IMG/VR virus record: IMGVR_UViG_3300030104_002647
Span: 1,007 to 65,006 of that record
From: a virus
Lineage: Duplodnaviria > Caudoviricetes
Reading direction: 5' to 3' (one strand)
DNA: 64,000 nucleotides
Under the pieces are notes generated by a model, which worked only from the letters and a program-made list of their open reading frames with translations, was not told where the DNA came from and did not search any database. Positions 46,763 to 58,476 of this stretch are shown piece after piece (position 1 is the stretch's first letter; every line of letters starts with the position of its first letter). The position numbers and the translations under genes were made by a program.

Positions 46763-47755
46763 ATGGCATTAACAACTACAGCATCTATATTAGCAGCAAC
46801 GGCATTAGCACTATCAACAGGAACGACTATTGCTTCAGGTATACAAGCAGGTAAATCAAAAAAAGCTGCAGAAAATGCAGAGGATAGAGCAGACCAATAC
46901 ATGCAGGAAGCAAGAGGAAAACTAGAAGTAAATGAGTTTGACGAACTTGCATTAAGGACAGAAGTTTTTGATAAGCAACGAGACCAATTAGCTGCATTAG
47001 GTTCAAATATTGTAGCGGCTGTAAGCCAAAGTGATAGACCTATGGCTAACATACAAAATGTAGTTGATGCTGTAATGAAATCAGAAGACAAAATAACTGA
47101 CAAAGAAGTTAAAGAATTACAAGATTTAGATTTAGTACAAGCAGAAGAGGAATCAAGATTAAAAGACATTGGTATACAACTAGATTTAGGGGAAGTTGCA
47201 GGTGCACAAAAAGAAATAGCAGACGCAAAAATGAGAGCTGCTCAATTTAAAAAAGATTTTGCTTCAGGATTAACAAGTACAGTTATGCAAGGTGTTCAAT
47301 TAGGTGTACCATTATTTCAAAAATCTGCACAGATAAAAGGTATTGAAGGTTTTGAATTTGATGGCTTAACAGGTTCTGACGCTTTAAAAGCTAAATTAAC
47401 TGATACAGACTTTATAGCAAGTTTAGAAAAAGATAAAGGTTTTGGAGCTTTGACTAGAGATGATTTAACAACTTTAGGAGGTTTAGAAGGCGATGAATTA
47501 ACAGGGTTCTTAAGAAACAAACTGTCAGCCGGAAACATAAAATATTTAACTGACCCGAGTAAAGGAAATGTAAATCCTTTTGTTCCTCAAACTGTTTCTT
47601 CTGTAAACAAAACCATGTCTGATTTAAGTATGAATCCTTACAATATAGCTGCAGGTAGCACTACCTCTCCAACCGATTTAAAGTTGTTAGCTAACTCACT
47701 TGGTGTGACAGTTGAATCATTGAAAGCGTTAATAAGTTCACAACAAACAAAATAA
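46763..47755 (+). CDS. Internal virion (ejection) protein 1
   Basis: Hydrophobic A/G-rich N-terminus followed by a helical region. Confidence 0.65.
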   Translation: MALTTTASILAATALALSTGTTIASGIQAGKSKKAAENAEDRADQYMQEARGKLEVNEFDELALRTEVFDKQRDQLAALGSNIVAAVSQSDRPMANIQNVVDAVMKSEDKITDKEVKELQDLDLVQAEEESRLKDIGIQLDLGEVAGAQKEIADAKMRAAQFKKDFASGLTSTVMQGVQLGVPLFQKSAQIKGIEGFEFDGLTGSDALKAKLTDTDFIASLEKDKGFGALTRDDLTTLGGLEGDELTGFLRNKLSAGNIKYLTDPSKGNVNPFVPQTVSSVNKTMSDLSMNPYNIAAGSTTSPTDLKLLANSLGVTVESLKALISSQQTK

Positions 47756-47758
47756 AAT

Positions 47759-49663
47759 ATGGCAACTAGTTTTGGATATGTAAGAGAAGACAGAGAGGAT
47801 AGAGTCAATTGGGCAAAAATTGGTAAAGATGCAAGTCAAGCTATTCTAGATGAAAGACAACGAAGACTTGATGAAAAGGATAGAATAAGAACCGAATCAA
47901 AAGAGTTTGACGACTCTCTTTATGATTTGCCACTAACTGACAATAATTTAGTTCGTAGTCAAGCGTTAGATATGGCTAATCTGATGTCACAAGAAAGACT
48001 ACAACAAGACAGAGACTTGCAGGATGGTATACTATCTGTAAGAGACTACACTATTCAAAGACAAAATTTATATAATACTGCAGAGATGGCGGGTGACATA
48101 AATTCAAAAAAAGCCGAAGCGTATAAATTATATATTGAAGCAGTTAATGAAGGAAACTTATCACCTGAAAGTTCTGCGGTAAAAGCTTATTATGAAAAAT
48201 TTACTTCACTTGACAATTATGGTTTACAACTAGACCAACAAGGAAATGGATATTTTGCTCCAAAATTATTTGATGATAATAATGTAATGCTTGGATACTC
48301 AGACAATCCTGCTGATTTTGTAGGAATGAAAGGATATCAATCAAATTTATTTGCATTAAAACCGGCTGTAGATTTAGAAGCAGATGATAGTATTGTTGAC
48401 ATGATAATAGGTGCAGCTGCAGAAACATGGAAGATTGCAGGGGGTGGTTTTAAAACAGTAAATGATGCGTTTAAAAATCCTGCTTTTCAAGAAGAATTAA
48501 AAAATATTATAAGTAGTCAAATAGTAAATCCTGATGTAGCTTCAGCTATTGCGGGTAAATATCTTGGATACGATTATGAATTTTTAAAAGGTGGAGAAAT
48601 ATCTAAGGGTGGGAAAGTAGTTCCTTTAATTTTAAATCCTAACAATGGACAATGGGAGTTTGATGATGAAAGTGAACAAGGCATAAAAGTAAAAGCTCAA
48701 ATTACTGAGATGTTAATTAACAGAGCAAGAGCTAAAATGAGCAGAACTGAAGACCCATATAGTGCATCTGAAATAAAAACATTTGATGAAATAAAACAAA
48801 AGAAAAAAGGTAAAGAAGAAGTTGCAAATCAATTATTTGCATTGCAACAAGGAGATGCTGATGCAGTAAAAGCAGCTGTTAGATTCTTTGAGGGTAACAA
48901 CAATATTACAAACTTTACTATTGTGGATAATGGCACTTCATTTACTTATGATGTTACAGATTCTAATGGTAATACATTCCAAAGAGAAATTGATAGAAGT
49001 GTAAGTCCTGATTTATTCTTTACTCAAGTAGGAGAGAAGTTTAGTAAATTTACCTTAGGTGAATTAAAAGGAACAAATACATTCAAGAAAAGAAAAGGCG
49101 ATACTGTAGCTGATGCTTCTAATCCTGATAATCAACTATTTTATAGTAACCTTAGCTCACCAATAGAGTTTGAAGCTATTGATGTAACACCTCCTGATAC
49201 AAGTGAAATAAAAAGTATATTAACAGATACATATTTAAAAGGTCAAACAATTACATCAGTAAAAGAAAGATTTAAAGAAAACTTTGACCTTGGTTTTGAA
49301 GAAGCAATAAACGTAGAGTTAAGTTCTTCCGGTGTAGGTTCAGCACAAGTTATAGGTGAAGATGGTGATTTTGCTGTAATAAATATACCAAATGTAACTG
49401 CAGGAAATATTATAATTAGAAAAGATAGCGAAGATGATTTAATTAGAGCTATTGCAAAAATACAAGACGCAGCTAAGAGAGGTGGCAAAGTATCTAATAA
49501 AGACATGATAAAATTATTTGACATTGACTTAGCTAGAGCAAAAGTATTTTACGGAACAATTACAGGAGCTGATACTCAAGCTGTAGAAGATGCGTTTGGA
49601 GCTGATGGCTCAGGAGCAGGTAGTACAGGTGGCGGTGGCATCAATGGTTCAGAATTTAATTAA
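47759..49663 (+). CDS. Internal virion (ejection) protein 2
   Basis: 634 aa helical protein; synteny with podovirus ejectosome genes. Confidence 0.6.
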   Translation: MATSFGYVREDREDRVNWAKIGKDASQAILDERQRRLDEKDRIRTESKEFDDSLYDLPLTDNNLVRSQALDMANLMSQERLQQDRDLQDGILSVRDYTIQRQNLYNTAEMAGDINSKKAEAYKLYIEAVNEGNLSPESSAVKAYYEKFTSLDNYGLQLDQQGNGYFAPKLFDDNNVMLGYSDNPADFVGMKGYQSNLFALKPAVDLEADDSIVDMIIGAAAETWKIAGGGFKTVNDAFKNPAFQEELKNIISSQIVNPDVASAIAGKYLGYDYEFLKGGEISKGGKVVPLILNPNNGQWEFDDESEQGIKVKAQITEMLINRARAKMSRTEDPYSASEIKTFDEIKQKKKGKEEVANQLFALQQGDADAVKAAVRFFEGNNNITNFTIVDNGTSFTYDVTDSNGNTFQREIDRSVSPDLFFTQVGEKFSKFTLGELKGTNTFKKRKGDTVADASNPDNQLFYSNLSSPIEFEAIDVTPPDTSEIKSILTDTYLKGQTITSVKERFKENFDLGFEEAINVELSSSGVGSAQVIGEDGDFAVINIPNVTAGNIIIRKDSEDDLIRAIAKIQDAAKRGGKVSNKDMIKLFDIDLARAKVFYGTITGADTQAVEDAFGADGSGAGSTGGGGINGSEFN

Positions 49664-49668
49664 TAACT

Positions 49669-52600
49669 ATGAACGAAAAAGCATTTAAGCAGTTATACGA
49701 GGAGTTCGTAAACACCGGATATAAAGGTGATAGGCAAGAGTTCATGGAGCTTCTATCCACAAACACCGATGCATTCATGCAAGGTTTCAATGCTTTTACC
49801 TCAACAGGTTATAATGGCGATGAAGATGCATTCGCTGAATTGATAGGGGTTACATCTCCTCTAAAAAAAAAAGACGAACCTCAAGAGAGTGGCGATTCTC
49901 CTTTGGAAGATGGTCAATTACCATCAGATACTCCTCCTGAAACAACTGCAATTAATGAAAGAAACATTCCTCAAATGCTTGAGAGAGTGGAAACCACAGT
50001 TAATGGTCAACCATTATGGGAAGTAGTTGGTGCTAGGTCTGCTGATGAATTGATAGAAGCCATAAATGTTAATGTTGATTACGAGAAAAGAGTTCAAGAA
50101 GCTAATACAAGTGAGGTTGCAGATGACGCAGATAAGTTAGCTGAGTTCATAAAAAACTTTCCTGCACCAACCGAAAGACAACTAGACCTTTATCAAGAAT
50201 ATTCAGGAGGTAACTTCGATGAAATCTTATATAACTTTGATGAAGAAAAAGGAACAGGTAGTGCGATTCCTGTAGACTTACCTGAAGTTGCTCTCGAAAA
50301 AGAAGCAAAGAAAAGAGCGAAAAAAGAAGTTATAGATACCAAGGATGTGCTGCTTGAAGATATAATAGGTGAAAGTGAACAGTCACCACAAGATGTTAAA
50401 GATAAAGTTGACAACCTAGATAAAGAAGCAAGAGCTAAAGTTACTGAACAATTAGGTGCTGATTTAAGTAATGCTTCATATTATAATGAAGATGGTACTG
50501 TTAATTTAGATAAAGTAAATTTTGAAAGACAAGTTGAAATTGCTAAAGAAGAAATAAACCCTGACTTTGATGAGTTTGAAGAAGGCGTTACTGCAAGGCA
50601 AAGAGAATTAAGAAACCAAAGATATAAAGCTAGTAAAACCTTACAAGCTGAGTTTGACAAAGTTGTATCAAGAGATGATTTAAGCGTTGAAGATTTAACA
50701 TTATTAAACAATATGTTAAATGAAGACCTTCCATTTATTACAGGTGAACTGATAAATAATGATGACAATGAACAAACCATAGATTTTTTAAATGAAAAGT
50801 TTGGAAAATATAATTTAGTTTTTACTCCAACATCCTTCGGTGGCATGAGAGTTACTAGAGCAGACGGTAAAGCTGATATAGCTATTGATATAGACCCTAA
50901 TATAGGGTCTACCGTAAAATTGAAACAAGCATTGACTAATTTTATTGGATTAAATGCTGATGTTCCTAATGTTGAGCTAATGGATGTTGAAGGTTACCAA
51001 CAAAAAGCTAAAAGAGCTCAGGACATGAGAAGAGGAGCTAAAAATGGCATTGATGGATATGAAATGGTAATGAATGAAAAAGATGGTGAGTTCTTGGTAT
51101 ACCCTACATTGTTTCCAAAAAACTATGATGACCAATCTAGCTTTCCAAGTTCATGGGAAAAACTTGACAATGACGATGCATATATATTTGCGTTACAACA
51201 AAACGAAGTGTTTAAATTTAAATCTCAAAAAGATGCAGAAAAATTTATGTTGGATTTTCAGGGAGTGTCAACTGTTGACGGTGAAGCTGACGCATTCTAC
51301 AGAGATAGAGGTTTAGATTATACAGCAGTCAAAGCTGCTATGGATGAGTATGAGCAAGTGCGTGATGAGATTATATTTATTGAAGAATTATATTTTAATA
51401 CTGTACAAGAATATCAAGGTCCGGGAGTTGGACCTATGGGATTGTTTAAACAGGGTAGTTTTTTACCTGAAAATTTAAGAGACCCAAGTACAGAAGATGT
51501 AGTTACTCCACAAGTTAGAGAGTTAAAAGATTTATCACTTGCTGACCAAAAAAGATTCGGTCACCTTTTTGTTAATGGTTTACCTGTAGGAGAACTACAA
51601 AACCGTCTTCCTGAATTATACAGGCGAAGAGATATATTATTTGAAGCTAACTTTAGTGATGATATTACTAGAGCTCGAGAAGACTTTGATGTTTACTTGA
51701 GAAAACAATATGATGAAAGAAGTAAGAAAAGTTTGGACAACAACAACAAAGTAAAAGAAGCATATGAAAATCTTGAAAAAGAATCTTTGTTAGAGTTTCA
51801 GGTTAAGTTAGAAGATTTACCTGAGTATGTTCGTGGTAATTTAGATAAGCTAGAACCTTTTCAGGTTAACATGGCAAGTAAAATATATGGAGATTATTTA
51901 ATGTTGCAGAATGAACAACAAGTATTAAGAGTTGAATATGATATAGCTTCTAATTATTTCAATGCAATGGAAAATAAAAATGTAAAAGGCGAGTATATAG
52001 ATAATCATTTTGGTTTCGTTAATGAGTTTCGGAAAGGATTAGAACAAGGTAATGCATTAAATGCTATTCTTCAATATGCAATGGGTATTGATATGTTTGA
52101 TTATTTTTCAGATACTGTTGACCCTGATGACTCTATGTCAGTAGCACTAGCTATTGTATCAAGTGCAAAAGCTAAAGCAGAAATGGGTGACAGTAGAACT
52201 ATGTTAGCATGGAATGATTCAAAAACTGCTCAAGAATCTTGGGAGGTTTTTTTAGATAATCCTTTTGAATGGGCTACACAATTATCAGCAAACAGCGTTG
52301 GACAAATGTTAGAGTTTGGCTCACAAATTATACCTGCTGCAGGAGCAACAGGATTTGGAGTAGGTGCTCTTACAGGACCGGGAGGAGCTTTGACAGGAGC
52401 AGGTTATGGTTTAAGAACAGGTTATGCAGCAACAGGGTATGCTGTTGAATATACTAATTCAATTTTTGAAGCAATAAGTGAAGCAGGTTATGATATACAC
52501 AATCCTTATTCTGTAGAGTTAGCTCTTCAAGATGAAGCCATGTGGGAAGCAGCTGCAGCTAGAGGTAATCAACGAGGTATACCAATTGCTGTTGTAAACT

Positions 52601-55600
52601 ATTTTACTGCCGGTCTTGCAGGTAAATTAATAAATAAAACAGGACCTGTAATATCTTTGAAGTCAGGTTTGGTTAAAACAGGTGCTATTGGTGCAGAGAT
52701 AGGTATTCAAACTACAGGTGAAGCATTGAGTGAAGTTGCAGGTCAAGGAAGTGAATTACTTTTAGGTGAAGACTTAGGTGGTGTAAATTTAGAAACCAAT
52801 GAGCCATACATTATACGTTCACGAAAAAGTTTTGATGGAAAAGAAATTGCAGCTGAAGCAGGTGGTTCGTTAGGTAGTGGTAGTTCTGTTACCAACTATA
52901 TGGTTAATACATATATGATATCTAGAAACAAACAGTTTGATACTTTCATTCAAAACCTAACCAACCCTGAATTTTTATCTAATTATAATTATGCTACTGA
53001 AGAGCAGATTATGGATTATGTAAATAAAGCTGTAAAAAATAAAAAACTAACTGAAAAGGAAGCACAAAATATAAAAAAGAATTTAGGATTAAAAAGAGAT
53101 GCACAAAATGCCGCAGGTGAAGGTGCACCTAAAAATGTTATTTCTAGATTGATGCAGTTAATAAATGCACAAGAATTATTATCAAGTGATAGAAATAGAA
53201 AACAAATATATAATAAAAAGCTACAAGAGATTGCTGATGAAATTAGCACACTTGTTACCACACATAAATTATCTGATAATCCTACCAACATTACTGAAGG
53301 TTTAGTAGGATTGGATGTAGGAAGAATCAAAAGATTTAACAGAGCTAGAAACCAATTTCAAATAGGTAGCTTTGTAACAACAGACTATGAAAAATTTAAA
53401 AAGAAACTGAATAGAGTTACAGACCCTGATGCATTATTTGCTATACAGGTCTATGACGATATGAACCTAAGTGAAGAAGCAAGTAACTTAGTGGCAGAAA
53501 AAATTAATGAGCTTAAGAAAAAACGAGCAGCTCAAATGGGGATTGAGTTAGACCCCTCTGAACTTCTAACCGTAACTACAGATATTAAAGAAGATGCCGG
53601 TACGCAGCAAACGACAGATGAGGTGGTTGGCAGCCAACAGGAAGGACCTGTTGAAAAAGTGGACGAGAGAGTATCCCGTCAACCTAAAAAAACTACCCGA
53701 GAAAGTCAAGAAAAAAATGAGATAACTAAACCCGAAGAAATAGAGGTTGGTTCAAATCCTATAACATTTACAAAGTCTACAAAAACTAGAGGTCAAACCT
53801 TTACTGAAGAGGTAGAAGATTTAACTGAAGAAAACAACGAACAAACTACAGGTGTAAAAAAAGTTACTTTCTCTTCTGAAATAGAAAACAAAAAATCAGG
53901 AAGAAAAATAAAGAAAAAATCATCCTCTGTTCCTATACAAGAAACTAGATTTAAAAACTTTGAAGAATCTATACGAGAAGAACTTAGAGACAGAGAGATT
54001 ATAGATGATAGTGTTGAAACAGAAATAGAAATTGAAGAAGTTACACTTGTACCTGAAACAACAGAGTCCAATGCAGCGGGGAATACTATATTTACAGTAA
54101 AAGTAAAAGCCAAAGGTGCTCCCGGTATTACTGCTGTTAGTATTGATGGTATCATTGCTGAAGAATCTGTTGACCAAGTAACAGAGCAGATAGATGAAGA
54201 AGCTATAGAAGGGTTTGAAGCATCGTTAGAAGAAGACAGTAAAGTAGACTTTAGAGCAGAAGAGGAACAAAGCGATAATTATTTTGAAAGACTATCTAAA
54301 GATGAGCAGGAGAATGTAAACAAGTTAGTTGATTTTGCTAACAAATCTTTTCCGGGTACAATGATTAATGTAGACTCTGAAACCTTTCAAAATGTATTAA
54401 ATGAACCCGGCACACAAAAGTATTTAAAAGGTAATGAAGTTGTATATGGTATTACTAAGGACGGTGATATATATATAAACCCTGATGTGCATAAAAATCA
54501 AAGCTCTCTCTTCAATACAGCAATTCACGAGATGGGTCACATATGGATTGATTACTTAAAAACCACACCACAGGGGGTTAAGATATATAACAGAGGTAAA
54601 GAGCTTGTAAGTAAAACAGAGGAGTATAAAAAACAATTAAAAAGATTTAATGGTGATGAGCAAAAAGCTATAGATGAAACAATGGCTGTACTTATTGGTA
54701 ACAAAGGTGAGTCGATTGTAAATAAAACTCTGCAACAAAAATTCAAAGATTGGTTAAAAGGTATGTGGGCATACATAAAGAAAACATTCAAGATGTCCAA
54801 AGATTTAACTGAGCAAGAAATACAGGATTTAAACTTAGATGGTTTCTTAAATACAGCAATAGCTGATATATTTAGTGGTGAGCCAATAGAACTTACCGAT
54901 GTGCAAAAGAAGCAACTTAAGAATCCTGATGTATTATTTAAAAAAGATTTATCAATTGAAGAAATAATATATAGAGGTAGACAACAAGGACTAGCTGAAA
55001 TAAACATTCAGGAAGTTTTAAGAAGAAGACATGGTTTAAGTAAAAAAGAAGCTGTAGCTGCGATGCAAGAAGAAAGAGCAGCTGTACCTAGAGCTTTCGG
55101 TAATGTTGAAGGGGGGATTAATGTTGGTAGACAAATCCTTGCAGAAGTACAAGAAACAGAAAATAAAAGAAAAACAAAAGAAAAACGAGAAGGTAAAATT
55201 GTAACGACAAAAGACGAAAGAGCTCAACGTATACAAGAGTTAAAAGATAATCCTACATTCAAAAAACTTTCTGAACTAGACCAACAAAGATTGATAGTAG
55301 CTTATGATAAAGAGTTTGGTAGTGTAGCAGGTGTAGAAACTCAGCGTGAGATTCAGTCTATACTTAATGAATTAAAAGGTAGAAAAAAACAGGATAAGCT
55401 ATCACAAGGTATACGAAACAGGTTAACTAATATTATTAAAGGTTTGATACCTAGGTCTGATAATATCACAAAGCAGACATTGACAAGTTTAAACAAAAGA
55501 GTAGCTGAGGTTAGCCAAGAAAACTTTGATGCTGTTGTACAGGAGGTGCAAGATATAGCTAAAACTGTAGAGCAAAAAGATATACAGCAACAACGTAAAA

Positions 55601-58476
55601 AAATTCAAGATTACGTTGATAAGAAAAAGAAAACTAGAAAAGGCACAACAAAAAAACCTGAAGCCGGTACTATAGAGTATAGAGGTATTACATATTTTTC
55701 AGCTGTCGATAAAATAATTAACATGACTCCTGACGAGTTAGCTGCAAAGCAAGAAGAACTAGATGCAAAAGAAGCTCAGATAGATGCAGCGTTGAAGAAA
55801 GAAGCTGAGGGAATTGATTTAACTTTAGATGAAGCTATTCTTCTAGGTGAGGTTGAAGCAGTTGCTCGTTTCGGTAATATTGAGCAGATGAATGTTTCAG
55901 AACTTCAAGAAGTTTTAAAAGCATTGCGAGAGGATAGTAAAGAGTCTACAGAAAGATTATTCCAAAGAAGACAAAAGAGAAGAGAAGAAGCTGAAAAATT
56001 AAATGAACAAGCTGATTCAGATATTCAAAGCAATAACCCATCTTTATTTAATGAAGATGGTTCTGTTAAAACCAATCAAGAGTTTGAAAATGAGCGTATG
56101 AACTTTCTTTCTTCTTTGAAGAAAAGAGGTGTAATGAAAACCATAACTAAAGGTTTTGAATCTGTAATGAAGGGTTATGTAGATTTATTTGGTTCTAAAA
56201 ATCCATTTAGAGGTATAAGACAAATGGTAGATGCTACAGTTAGTAACTCAAGAACTATATTTAACATGCTTGATGGTGTGTATGGAACTAAATTTTTTGA
56301 AAAACAGTTTCATCAGCGTTTAGCAAGAGCCAACTTTAATAGAGAACAAGGTGAAAGAAGAGTTAAAACTATACTAGATAACATAGCAAAAAAAGCAGGT
56401 ATAAAAGAAGGTAGAGAAATAGGTATACCTAGATTATTTCAAACTAAAGGACCTTTAGAAATTAAAAACACAAAGGGTAAACTCATTAGTTATAGTCCAC
56501 AAATGTTGATGTATCAATATGCAATGAGTTTAAATGAAGACACAAGAAAGAGAATAGCTGAACAAGGAATTACTGATGAGGTAATTGAACAAATAAAAAC
56601 CCACCTTGGTCCTGAAGCTATTGCATATGTTGATGGTGTGGTTGAATATTTATCGGATACTTACTTTGATGAAGTAAACGAAGTTTACATTAGAAACAAT
56701 GATGTTAGTTTAGGAAAAATAGATAATTACTTTCCGGTAAGAATTGACACAACAGAGTCTGTTCAAAAAGCTGATATGGTATCTACTAAATCACCTTTTA
56801 TGGATGGCTTTAGAGCTGCATCACCTAAATCATTGAGAGCAAGGGGTAAAACAGGGGTTATAGCTTTAAACACTTTGTTTGATAGCACATTGGATACTCA
56901 TGTCGAATCTAACGAAAGATACAAAGCATATGCAGATGATGTTAAAACATTCAACAAAATGTTAGAGTTTGACTCAGTAAAACTTTTATTACGAGCTACA
57001 GGAACAGAAGGGATTGTAAATGAAACTTTAAATTATGCTGTTAACGGTGCGGTTGCATTTAAAAACAATTCATTGAAAGACCAATTTATAAATAATTTGT
57101 TAGGTAGTTTTGTTGCTTATATATTAAATAATAAGTTATGGCAGATACCAAAACAAGCAAGTTCCTTGGTTATGGGTTTTACAAACATGGATGTAAAGGG
57201 TGGCAAATTAGGTGCACTAGGTAGAGCTAGAGCTAAAGGTGGAATTAAAGGTGCTCTAGCACAAGTTCCTGCTACAATGGTTGATGCAACGGTATTTGTA
57301 AGTAGATATTTACAATTACTTTTAGCTAGTTTACTTGGAAAAGAAGGCGGACTTAAAACAGCAAGAAGAATATCAGCAGGTTTTGAAAACAGACTACAAG
57401 ACGCATTAAAAGGTAGAAACTTAACGCAGCTATCATCAGGACAGGAAATGGGTTCTAATATTACAGTTGATGTTGGAGAAGGTGTAATGAATTTTATTTT
57501 TAAAATACCGGGTGTTAAAGGCAATATAAACATGACACCTAAACAAGTATCAGAAAGAATTTCTTCTATTATGGGTGCGGGTACGAGTATTGGAGATTTA
57601 CTTGGTGTGTTAGGATATTTAGCGGTCTATAATCAAGACATTGCAAACGGTATGACAGAAACAGAAGCTGCATTGAGATTTGTTGAATACAATTTAACTC
57701 AGCAGTCTCGAAGAGATATGGATAAAGGAGGTTTACAAAGGGAAGCCGGTTTACTTAAATTATTTACTACGTTTGGAAGCACAATGTTACTTCAGCTAAA
57801 TGATACTGCATATAGAGGTAGAAACATATCTAGAGCAATACAAAGGCAGATAGCGGCTCTCAAAGAAGGTAATATTAAAAAAGCAATTGATGAAGCTCCT
57901 ACTAAAGAGGACGTAAGAGGATTTACTTTATCAGGTGCACTTGCTAACATGGCTTTCATTGCAGTTGCCAACCTGATGATATTGTTCAGGGGTGATGACA
58001 AAGAAAAAGAAAAAGCACTACAAGAAATAAAACTACAAAGATTTGGTGTAACACAAATGGCAGAACTACCAATCTTCGGAACATACTTTGTTGATTTAGC
58101 ATACTATTTGGACACAGGAAAACAGCGTCCTCCTTTTAAAAGAAGCTCACAAGTTGACCCGATTGCAAGAATAGGTAGAGAAGTTTCAAAAGACTTTGGT
58201 GAAGGAAACTATGGTAAAGTTGCGGAAACCGTATTAGAATTTATGATAATAAAAGCTCAAGTTGACCCAATAGAAGCTAGTTATGACCTCATCATGGGTG
58301 AAGGTGATATGGAGCAAAATATATATGAAATACTTGGTATTCCGAAAACACAAAGACCCGGTGATGGTAAAAGCGGTGGTTTAAATAAAACCGAAATGTT
58401 AAAATGGGCAAAAGAAAACAATCCTGATTTATATAAACAGCTTCTTGAAATTAGAAAATTAAAATCTAAAAATTAA
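49669..58476 (+). CDS. Giant ejection/polyvalent protein with zincin HExxH motif
   Basis: 2935 aa, glycine-zipper segment near 52340-52440, AIHEMGH at 54520-54540. Confidence 0.75.
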   Translation: MNEKAFKQLYEEFVNTGYKGDRQEFMELLSTNTDAFMQGFNAFTSTGYNGDEDAFAELIGVTSPLKKKDEPQESGDSPLEDGQLPSDTPPETTAINERNIPQMLERVETTVNGQPLWEVVGARSADELIEAINVNVDYEKRVQEANTSEVADDADKLAEFIKNFPAPTERQLDLYQEYSGGNFDEILYNFDEEKGTGSAIPVDLPEVALEKEAKKRAKKEVIDTKDVLLEDIIGESEQSPQDVKDKVDNLDKEARAKVTEQLGADLSNASYYNEDGTVNLDKVNFERQVEIAKEEINPDFDEFEEGVTARQRELRNQRYKASKTLQAEFDKVVSRDDLSVEDLTLLNNMLNEDLPFITGELINNDDNEQTIDFLNEKFGKYNLVFTPTSFGGMRVTRADGKADIAIDIDPNIGSTVKLKQALTNFIGLNADVPNVELMDVEGYQQKAKRAQDMRRGAKNGIDGYEMVMNEKDGEFLVYPTLFPKNYDDQSSFPSSWEKLDNDDAYIFALQQNEVFKFKSQKDAEKFMLDFQGVSTVDGEADAFYRDRGLDYTAVKAAMDEYEQVRDEIIFIEELYFNTVQEYQGPGVGPMGLFKQGSFLPENLRDPSTEDVVTPQVRELKDLSLADQKRFGHLFVNGLPVGELQNRLPELYRRRDILFEANFSDDITRAREDFDVYLRKQYDERSKKSLDNNNKVKEAYENLEKESLLEFQVKLEDLPEYVRGNLDKLEPFQVNMASKIYGDYLMLQNEQQVLRVEYDIASNYFNAMENKNVKGEYIDNHFGFVNEFRKGLEQGNALNAILQYAMGIDMFDYFSDTVDPDDSMSVALAIVSSAKAKAEMGDSRTMLAWNDSKTAQESWEVFLDNPFEWATQLSANSVGQMLEFGSQIIPAAGATGFGVGALTGPGGALTGAGYGLRTGYAATGYAVEYTNSIFEAISEAGYDIHNPYSVELALQDEAMWEAAAARGNQRGIPIAVVNYFTAGLAGKLINKTGPVISLKSGLVKTGAIGAEIGIQTTGEALSEVAGQGSELLLGEDLGGVNLETNEPYIIRSRKSFDGKEIAAEAGGSLGSGSSVTNYMVNTYMISRNKQFDTFIQNLTNPEFLSNYNYATEEQIMDYVNKAVKNKKLTEKEAQNIKKNLGLKRDAQNAAGEGAPKNVISRLMQLINAQELLSSDRNRKQIYNKKLQEIADEISTLVTTHKLSDNPTNITEGLVGLDVGRIKRFNRARNQFQIGSFVTTDYEKFKKKLNRVTDPDALFAIQVYDDMNLSEEASNLVAEKINELKKKRAAQMGIELDPSELLTVTTDIKEDAGTQQTTDEVVGSQQEGPVEKVDERVSRQPKKTTRESQEKNEITKPEEIEVGSNPITFTKSTKTRGQTFTEEVEDLTEENNEQTTGVKKVTFSSEIENKKSGRKIKKKSSSVPIQETRFKNFEESIREELRDREIIDDSVETEIEIEEVTLVPETTESNAAGNTIFTVKVKAKGAPGITAVSIDGIIAEESVDQVTEQIDEEAIEGFEASLEEDSKVDFRAEEEQSDNYFERLSKDEQENVNKLVDFANKSFPGTMINVDSETFQNVLNEPGTQKYLKGNEVVYGITKDGDIYINPDVHKNQSSLFNTAIHEMGHIWIDYLKTTPQGVKIYNRGKELVSKTEEYKKQLKRFNGDEQKAIDETMAVLIGNKGESIVNKTLQQKFKDWLKGMWAYIKKTFKMSKDLTEQEIQDLNLDGFLNTAIADIFSGEPIELTDVQKKQLKNPDVLFKKDLSIEEIIYRGRQQGLAEINIQEVLRRRHGLSKKEAVAAMQEERAAVPRAFGNVEGGINVGRQILAEVQETENKRKTKEKREGKIVTTKDERAQRIQELKDNPTFKKLSELDQQRLIVAYDKEFGSVAGVETQREIQSILNELKGRKKQDKLSQGIRNRLTNIIKGLIPRSDNITKQTLTSLNKRVAEVSQENFDAVVQEVQDIAKTVEQKDIQQQRKKIQDYVDKKKKTRKGTTKKPEAGTIEYRGITYFSAVDKIINMTPDELAAKQEELDAKEAQIDAALKKEAEGIDLTLDEAILLGEVEAVARFGNIEQMNVSELQEVLKALREDSKESTERLFQRRQKRREEAEKLNEQADSDIQSNNPSLFNEDGSVKTNQEFENERMNFLSSLKKRGVMKTITKGFESVMKGYVDLFGSKNPFRGIRQMVDATVSNSRTIFNMLDGVYGTKFFEKQFHQRLARANFNREQGERRVKTILDNIAKKAGIKEGREIGIPRLFQTKGPLEIKNTKGKLISYSPQMLMYQYAMSLNEDTRKRIAEQGITDEVIEQIKTHLGPEAIAYVDGVVEYLSDTYFDEVNEVYIRNNDVSLGKIDNYFPVRIDTTESVQKADMVSTKSPFMDGFRAASPKSLRARGKTGVIALNTLFDSTLDTHVESNERYKAYADDVKTFNKMLEFDSVKLLLRATGTEGIVNETLNYAVNGAVAFKNNSLKDQFINNLLGSFVAYILNNKLWQIPKQASSLVMGFTNMDVKGGKLGALGRARAKGGIKGALAQVPATMVDATVFVSRYLQLLLASLLGKEGGLKTARRISAGFENRLQDALKGRNLTQLSSGQEMGSNITVDVGEGVMNFIFKIPGVKGNINMTPKQVSERISSIMGAGTSIGDLLGVLGYLAVYNQDIANGMTETEAALRFVEYNLTQQSRRDMDKGGLQREAGLLKLFTTFGSTMLLQLNDTAYRGRNISRAIQRQIAALKEGNIKKAIDEAPTKEDVRGFTLSGALANMAFIAVANLMILFRGDDKEKEKALQEIKLQRFGVTQMAELPIFGTYFVDLAYYLDTGKQRPPFKRSSQVDPIARIGREVSKDFGEGNYGKVAETVLEFMIIKAQVDPIEASYDLIMGEGDMEQNIYEILGIPKTQRPGDGKSGGLNKTEMLKWAKENNPDLYKQLLEIRKLKSKN

